DNA of 64,000 nucleotides from an uncultured Cyclobacteriaceae bacterium (lineage in GTDB: Bacteria; Bacteroidota; Bacteroidia; Cytophagales; Cyclobacteriaceae), in NCBI GenBank assembly GCA_966095315.1, contig CBHTSG010000009.1:29082-93081 (forward strand), in the 5' to 3' direction. Below, piece after piece: positions 58,728 to 64,000 of the stretch. How positions within the stretch are numbered: position 1 is the stretch's first letter; each line of letters begins with the position of its first letter. The notes beneath the pieces are model-generated. The model was not told where the DNA came from and did not search any database. It saw nothing but the letters and a program-made list of their open reading frames with translations. A program made the translations under genes and the position numbers.

Positions 58728-59249
58728 ATGCCACGCAAGAAAAAATCTCCACGCGAATCATTCGTCAGTATGACTGAGTTGGTATTACCCAACGACACTA
58801 ACACACTGAATAATTTAATGGGTGGCCGCTTAATGCATTGGATGGATATTGTGTCGGCAATCGCGGCACAAAAGCACGCCAATCGAATTGTAGTAACTGC
58901 TTCGGTGGATAATATATCGTTTCGTCAATCCATTCAACTTGGAAACGTGGTGACACTAAAAGCCAGAGTGACGCGTGCATTCAACTCTTCGATGGAGGTA
59001 AGAATTGATGTGGAAGCGGAAGACATACCTGCTAATAAAAAATTCTCAAGCAATAGTGCGTACCTGACTTTTGTAGCGGTTGACCAAAATGGCCAGCCCA
59101 TTGATGTGCCTGAAGTTGAACCAGAAACTGCGGAAGAAAAAGAATTATACGAGGGCGCACTTCGCAGAAGACAACTTCGTCTGATTTTAGCAGGAAGAAT
59201 GAAACCGAGTGAAGCCAATGAATTAAAATCTATTTTCGATATCAAATAG
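58728..59249 (+). CDS. acyl-CoA thioesterase (HotDog fold, YciA-like)
   Basis: VLPNDTN.L.NLMGG.LMHWMD, VTASVD...F, TRAF.SSMEV, AYLTFVAVD. Confidence 0.92.
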   Translation: MPRKKKSPRESFVSMTELVLPNDTNTLNNLMGGRLMHWMDIVSAIAAQKHANRIVVTASVDNISFRQSIQLGNVVTLKARVTRAFNSSMEVRIDVEAEDIPANKKFSSNSAYLTFVAVDQNGQPIDVPEVEPETAEEKELYEGALRRRQLRLILAGRMKPSEANELKSIFDIK

Positions 59250-59253
59250 ATTT

Positions 59254-59637
59254 ATGGAGCCATCCCTACTCGATGCCATTTTCTCTGAGGAGATTTTTCT
59301 TATTCCCGCCAAGGTAACAGTTGTTATTGACCGACCTTGGAAACTAGTATCTTCTGAAGAAAAAATTTTGCTGGAGAAAATTCTGGGAGCGCTAAAGCTT
59401 TCAGTTGATAAAGTCAGTGTTTTGAATGTTGCGTTAACAGACCTTGAACTTCCATCTGACAAAGTAGAAAAGATCATCTCTTTTGGTGTGCCCTTTTCTG
59501 GAGCACCTCACTACGAGGTATCTTCATTAGGGCCTATCCCAATGGTAATTTCGGATAGCCTCGACAAGCTATTAACCAACGATGAATCCAAAAAAATGCT
59601 TTGGCAAGCCCTAAAAAGGCTGTTTTCGGGCTCCTAA
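59254..59637 (+). CDS. hypothetical protein (small alpha/beta domain)
   Basis: 127 aa, LL.KIL.ALKL, IISFG, SLDKL.....KK.LWQALK. No confident function. Confidence 0.7.
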   Translation: MEPSLLDAIFSEEIFLIPAKVTVVIDRPWKLVSSEEKILLEKILGALKLSVDKVSVLNVALTDLELPSDKVEKIISFGVPFSGAPHYEVSSLGPIPMVISDSLDKLLTNDESKKMLWQALKRLFSGS

Positions 59638-59666
59638 CAAGGATTTTAATTTTTTAGGTCTTCTTC

Positions 59667-59674
59667 TATCTTTG
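59667..59674 (+). promoter_or_regulatory. Bacteroidota -7 box (TATCTTTG)
   Basis: Exact TAnnTTTG upstream of hppA. Confidence 0.6.
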
Positions 59675-59736
59675 CGGTGCTTTTAAAAAGCCTTACCGAT
59701 AGTTTTCGGAAGCATTATTTAAATCTATAAACCTGT

Positions 59737-62037
59737 ATGCAAACATTATTGTACTCGTTGCCCCTGTTCGGAGTATTGGGGTTGTTGTATGTCGTTTGGA
59801 AGAGTGCCTGGGTAGCCAAGCAAGATGAAGGAACCGACAAAATGAAAAAAATTGCCAGTCACATCGCTGAAGGTGCAATGGCGTTCCTCAAAGCAGAGTA
59901 TAAAATCCTCGCTATTTTCGTGGTGTGTGTGGCCGCCCTCCTTGCCTTCACTGCAAACCGCGAAACATCATCTCCTCTAGTTGGTCTGTCATTCGTACTT
60001 GGTGCCTTCTGTTCTGCCCTTGCCGGTTTCATCGGTATGAAGGTGGCAACAAAAGCAAACGTGCGGACTACTAACGCAGCGCGAACAAGCCTTGGCAAAG
60101 CTCTTGAAGTAGCTTTCACAGGCGGTTCAGTAATGGGTATGGGTGTTGTTGGTCTTGGCGTATTAGGATTGAGCACCCTCTTCATTGTGTACTCTAATAT
60201 TTATGGAGTTGACACACAAATGAATCTTAATCAGGTGATCACAATCATTACCGGCTTTTCATTTGGTGCATCATCCATTGCATTGTTTGCACGTGTTGGC
60301 GGTGGAATCTATACTAAAGCTGCTGACGTAGGTGCTGACCTTGTAGGTAAAGTAGAAGCTGGCATTCCTGAAGATCACCCGCTGAACCCTGCAACCATTG
60401 CAGACAACGTGGGTGACAACGTAGGTGACGTAGCTGGTATGGGTGCCGATTTGTTTGAATCCTATGTAGGCTCGATTGTGGGTACCATGGTATTAGGTGC
60501 TGCATTTATGGTACCTGGTTTTACTGATGCTTATAATGGTCTTTCAGCAGTTCTTCTTCCGTTGGTATTGGCGGGAGTTGGTATCATCATGTCCTTCTTG
60601 GGAACTTTTTTCGTGAGAGTAAAAGAAGGTGGCGATCCTCAAAAAGCATTGAACACAGGCGAAATTGTTTCTTCATTAATAATGATCATCGCCTCATGGT
60701 TCATCATCAAAGGAATGCTTCCCAACGAATGGTGGTTCCAGGATCCACTCTATGCTTGGAGTGATCCTGAAAAAGGTAATTTGTATACGTCTACCGGTGT
60801 GTTCATTGCAACAGTGATTGGACTTGTTGCCGGTGTGGTGATTGGTTTGATTACCGAGTACTATACAGGCATGGGTAAAAAGCCGGTGCTTTCGATTGTA
60901 AGGCAATCGTCAACAGGCGCTGCTACCAACATTATTGCAGGTCTTGGTGTGGGCATGATGTCAACGATGTGGCCGATCATCATCATTGCTATCTCTATCA
61001 TTGGAGCCTTCCAGTTTGGAGGATTATATGGTATTGCAATCGCAGCAGTGGGTATGTTATCAAATCTTGGTATTCAATTAGCCGTGGATGCTTACGGACC
61101 AATCTCTGACAATGCCGGTGGTATTGCCGAGATGTCGGAGCTTCCAAAAGATGTTCGTTCTAAAACTGATAAGCTTGATGCTGTAGGTAACACTACAGCA
61201 GCTATTGGTAAAGGTTTTGCGATTGCTTCTGCAGCGCTTACTGCACTTGCTTTGTTTGGCGCCTTCATGACAACAGCTCACCTGAAATCAATCGATGTAT
61301 CGAAGGCGAACGTGATGGCGGGATTATTCATCGGTGGAATGTTGCCTTTTGTATTCTCCGCTTTGGCGATGGGTGCCGTAGGTCGTGCCGCCATGTCAAT
61401 GATTGAGGAAGTGCGCAGACAATTCAGTGACATCCCTGCCCTGAAAGCCGCTCTTGCGGTAATGAAGAAAAATGGTGAGAAGGAAATGAGCGAATGGTCT
61501 GCAGAGGATCAGAAAACTTTCCATGATGCAGACGGAAAAGCAGAGTACGGAAAGTGTGTTGAAATCTCAACCAAGGCTGCAATCAGAGAAATGGTTGTGC
61601 CTGGATTGATGGCTGTAATTGTGCCAGTTGTAATTGCTTTCCTACCCGGTTTTGGTGTTGAGGCTTTGGGTGGAATGCTTGCTGGTGTTACCGTATCCGG
61701 TGTATTGATGGCGATCTTCCAATCAAATGCTGGTGGCGCGTGGGATAATGCCAAGAAGAGCTTTGAAGAAGGCGTTGAGATCAATGGACAGAAATACTTT
61801 AAGAAATCAGAGCCTCATAAAGCTGCGGTTGTTGGTGATACTGTTGGAGATCCATTTAAGGATACCTCTGGTCCATCATTGAACATCTTGCTGAAATTAA
61901 TGTCAGTAGTAGCGTTGGTCATTGCTCCTTTCCTTGTACCTGCAAATGAGGGCACTGCTAAAGTGGAGGAGCCAAAAGCAAAAATTGAAGTTGTTAGCTC
62001 AACTCCTAAAACCACTGAGACTGTTCCAGCTCAGTAG
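59737..62037 (+). CDS. hppA: membrane-bound ion-translocating pyrophosphatase, K+-dependent type
   Basis: [67 protein letters not shown]. Confidence 0.97.
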   Translation: MQTLLYSLPLFGVLGLLYVVWKSAWVAKQDEGTDKMKKIASHIAEGAMAFLKAEYKILAIFVVCVAALLAFTANRETSSPLVGLSFVLGAFCSALAGFIGMKVATKANVRTTNAARTSLGKALEVAFTGGSVMGMGVVGLGVLGLSTLFIVYSNIYGVDTQMNLNQVITIITGFSFGASSIALFARVGGGIYTKAADVGADLVGKVEAGIPEDHPLNPATIADNVGDNVGDVAGMGADLFESYVGSIVGTMVLGAAFMVPGFTDAYNGLSAVLLPLVLAGVGIIMSFLGTFFVRVKEGGDPQKALNTGEIVSSLIMIIASWFIIKGMLPNEWWFQDPLYAWSDPEKGNLYTSTGVFIATVIGLVAGVVIGLITEYYTGMGKKPVLSIVRQSSTGAATNIIAGLGVGMMSTMWPIIIIAISIIGAFQFGGLYGIAIAAVGMLSNLGIQLAVDAYGPISDNAGGIAEMSELPKDVRSKTDKLDAVGNTTAAIGKGFAIASAALTALALFGAFMTTAHLKSIDVSKANVMAGLFIGGMLPFVFSALAMGAVGRAAMSMIEEVRRQFSDIPALKAALAVMKKNGEKEMSEWSAEDQKTFHDADGKAEYGKCVEISTKAAIREMVVPGLMAVIVPVVIAFLPGFGVEALGGMLAGVTVSGVLMAIFQSNAGGAWDNAKKSFEEGVEINGQKYFKKSEPHKAAVVGDTVGDPFKDTSGPSLNILLKLMSVVALVIAPFLVPANEGTAKVEEPKAKIEVVSSTPKTTETVPAQ

Positions 62038-62060
62038 CCATTTAGATTAAGTTCCATAAG

Positions 62061-62094
62061 AAAAGAGTCACGAAAAATGCGTGACTCTTTTTTT
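62061..62094 (+). terminator. intrinsic terminator after hppA
   Basis: AAAAGAGTCACG-N7-CGTGACTCTTTTTTT. Confidence 0.9.
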
Positions 62095-62119
62095 GTTATT
62101 TTAGAAGCATCAAAACGTT

Positions 62120-62548
62120 ATGAAATACGCCTTCACAATTTGCCTTCTAAGTCTAAGCTTCATTTCATTCGCCCAATCTGGCCCTCACGGCAAGTGGAAG
62201 ACGATTGATGACACTTCCGGTGAGCCTAAGTCCATCATTGAGATTTCTGAACGAGGCGGAAAATTCTATGGTAAAATCACTAAGCTATTCAGAAAGCCTG
62301 GCGAAGACCCAGACCCTGTTTGTGACGATTGTGATGCTTCGGATGCCCGCTATAAAAAGAAAATTATTGGGATGGAAATCATGGAAGGGCTCGTAAAATC
62401 CGGTGATTCATTCGAGGGCGGAACAATCTTGGACCCGCAAAATGGAAAAGTCTATCGGTGTAAAATCTGGATAGAAGGTGAATTACTGAAAGTGAGGGGT
62501 TACTGGGGGCCTTTTTATCGTACTCAAACCTGGCATAAAGCTTTATGA
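62120..62548 (+). CDS. DUF2147 domain protein
   Basis: Signal peptide. GKWKTIDD, G.ILDPQNGKVY.C, LKVRGY.G..YRTQTW. Confidence 0.88.
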   Translation: MKYAFTICLLSLSFISFAQSGPHGKWKTIDDTSGEPKSIIEISERGGKFYGKITKLFRKPGEDPDPVCDDCDASDARYKKKIIGMEIMEGLVKSGDSFEGGTILDPQNGKVYRCKIWIEGELLKVRGYWGPFYRTQTWHKAL

Positions 62549-62617
62549 AATTTAACCCTGCTTTACTGCGATCAGTCCAAAAATTAATGCATTCATCCAC
62601 GCTAAAGGGTTACCACT

Positions 62618-63190
62618 GTGGCGCTTAGAGTATTTAAAAAAGAATCTTCCGTAAACGAGGCGGAGCTTTTTGATCGGATTCAAAAAGGCGATGAGAAGGC
62701 TCTGGAGGTCATCTACATCAAGTACTATCGAATGATGACCAAAATGGTGATCACTAATAGTGGCACGGAAGAGGAAGCGAGGGATATTTATCAAGACGCG
62801 TTGGTAGTTTTCTGGCAAAAAGCCAGATCAGGCAACTTGATTTTAACCTCTAAAATGAGTACCTACATCTACAGTATTTGTCAAAATCTGTGGAGAAAGG
62901 AACTCGACCGGAAGAAGAGACTTTCCAATGAGGCTAAAGATTCCTCTGAATCGATAGACATGGATAGTCCAGAGCGAGAGAAGATCATTGCCAAGTGCCT
63001 TGATCAATTGGGTGAAACTTGTCGAAAGGTATTGATGTATTACTATTTCGATGAGATGTCTATGCAGGAAATAGCGGACAAACTTGGCTTTGCCAATACC
63101 GACACTGCAAAGACGAAAAAATATAAGTGCAAACAAAAATTAGACGAGCTTGTGAAAGCTCAATATTCAGAACACGATTTTTTAGACTAA
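62618..63190 (+). CDS. ECF-type RNA polymerase sigma factor
   Basis: GDEKALE.IY..Y, EEARDIYQDA..VFW, TYIYSIC.NLWRK, region 4 MSMQEIA..LG.ANTDTAKTKKYKC. Confidence 0.92.
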   Translation: MALRVFKKESSVNEAELFDRIQKGDEKALEVIYIKYYRMMTKMVITNSGTEEEARDIYQDALVVFWQKARSGNLILTSKMSTYIYSICQNLWRKELDRKKRLSNEAKDSSESIDMDSPEREKIIAKCLDQLGETCRKVLMYYYFDEMSMQEIADKLGFANTDTAKTKKYKCKQKLDELVKAQYSEHDFLD

Positions 63191-63197
63191 TGACATT

Positions 63198-64000
63198 ATG
63201 AACAATTTCGAATTAATAGAGCAGTATTTGACCAACAAGCTTGAGGGGGATGAAAAAGTGAAGTTTGAACAACAGCTTACAAGTGATCCTGCACTAAAAA
63301 GCGAAGTTGAAACGCAAAGATTGATTATTAGAACACTCCAGAAAGCACGGGCAGCAGAATTAAAATCAATGCTGAACAATGTACCTGTTGCATCCGCTTC
63401 CTATTCCCTTTTCAACTCTCCTTCGTTTAGAATAGCGGCTTCCATAGTTGGAATCGGAGCATTGATTACGGCTTTTTATTTCTTTAATAATAAGCCAGAA
63501 GGAAATATTCCTGCACCCCAAATGTCATCCTCGATTGAGGACTCGGTGACGGGAAAGGCATTAATTGATTCCAGTGCAAAAGTTGAAGAGCAAGTGCAAT
63601 CAGAAATAACTCAGCCTGAGGAGAAAGTAGCTGAAACGAAAACCCCAATTCAAAAGAAGACCATTCCGGCAAACGCTGAGGTAAAGCAGCCTAAGATTGA
63701 AGTGCAAGATCCAACTGAAGACCTGGCGCAGCATGAAAATAATATGGCTATCAAAAGCTCGCCTAAAATTTCCATTGAACCATCTAAGATTTCAGTGGAA
63801 ACGGTTAGCAACGATAAGAAGCATCCTTTCCATTATCAGTTTGTTCAAGGTAAGCTTGTTTTATTTGGTTCATTCGATCATGAGCCCTACGAGGTGCTTG
63901 AAATTAACAGTAATGACCAGACCCACTTCCTGTATTACAAGTCAACCTATTATTTATTGGATCAGAAACAGTCTGCGATAACGCGCCTGGAGCCCATCAC
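63198..64000 (+). CDS. probable single-pass anti-sigma factor (3'-truncated; absent from the ORF track)
   Basis: Translated by hand, open to the window end: MNNFELIEQYLTNKLEGDEKVKFEQQL..D..LK.EV, TM segment IAASIVGIGALITAFYFF, then a Pro/Glu/Lys-rich linker. Confidence 0.85.
   Translation, partial: MNNFELIEQYLTNKLEGDEKVKFEQQLTSDPALKSEVETQRLIIRTLQKARAAELKSMLNNVPVASASYSLFNSPSFRIAASIVGIGALITAFYFFNNKPEGNIPAPQMSSSIEDSVTGKALIDSSAKVEEQVQSEITQPEEKVAETKTPIQKKTIPANAEVKQPKIEVQDPTEDLAQHENNMAIKSSPKISIEPSKISVETVSNDKKHPFHYQFVQGKLVLFGSFDHEPYEVLEINSNDQTHFLYYKSTYYLLDQKQSAITRLEPI

Noticed and set aside
59254-59637. Possible DNA polymerase III psi-like subunit
   Set aside because: Only a vague recollection of annotation for similar Bacteroidota proteins; no diagnostic motif to support it.
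916-63981. Many 60-156 aa ORFs in the track antisense to or overlapping well-supported genes (e.g. 7892-8362, 16146-16547, 20086-20514, 41806-42183, 46247-46612, 63697-63981)
   Set aside because: Shadow ORFs with no motifs, fully explained by the coding strand of confident genes.

Overview
Compact, mostly housekeeping chromosomal segment from a Bacteroidota bacterium, probably Cytophagales. The taxonomy is inferred from gene content, gene order, TAnnTTTG-type promoters and the general lack of Shine-Dalgarno sites. It holds the distal his operon (hisD[5'-truncated]-C-B-H-A-F-IE), riboflavin synthase, cysS-yidD, thrABC, hppA, trhO-mog-M23 and pcm. It also has a GMC/gluconate-2-DH-subunit-3/Gfo-Idh-MocA sugar-oxidation cluster, ACMSD, GH9 plus a deacetylase-like gene, a VPS10/BNR protein, an exported TPR-CHAT protease, an ECF sigma/anti-sigma pair at the right edge, and many small exported hypothetical proteins. 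I saw no tRNA, rRNA, CRISPR array, integrase or transposase. The best-supported unexplained signals are non-coding or very small: (1) an unannotated 33-aa Thr/Ile-rich leader peptide with mutually exclusive 1:2/2:3/3:4 helices upstream of thrA; (2) a ~120-nt three-hairpin element between the CHAT gene and pcm; (3) a duplicated 25-bp operator-like site flanking a winged-helix regulator cassette; (4) a 126-bp MITE/REP composite; (5) an inverted heptamer-repeat element. Notable proteins are a flavoprotein disulfide-reductase homolog lacking both redox cysteines and an iodotyrosine-deiodinase-like nitroreductase just after the his operon. All family assignments come from motif recognition by eye; no database searches were run.
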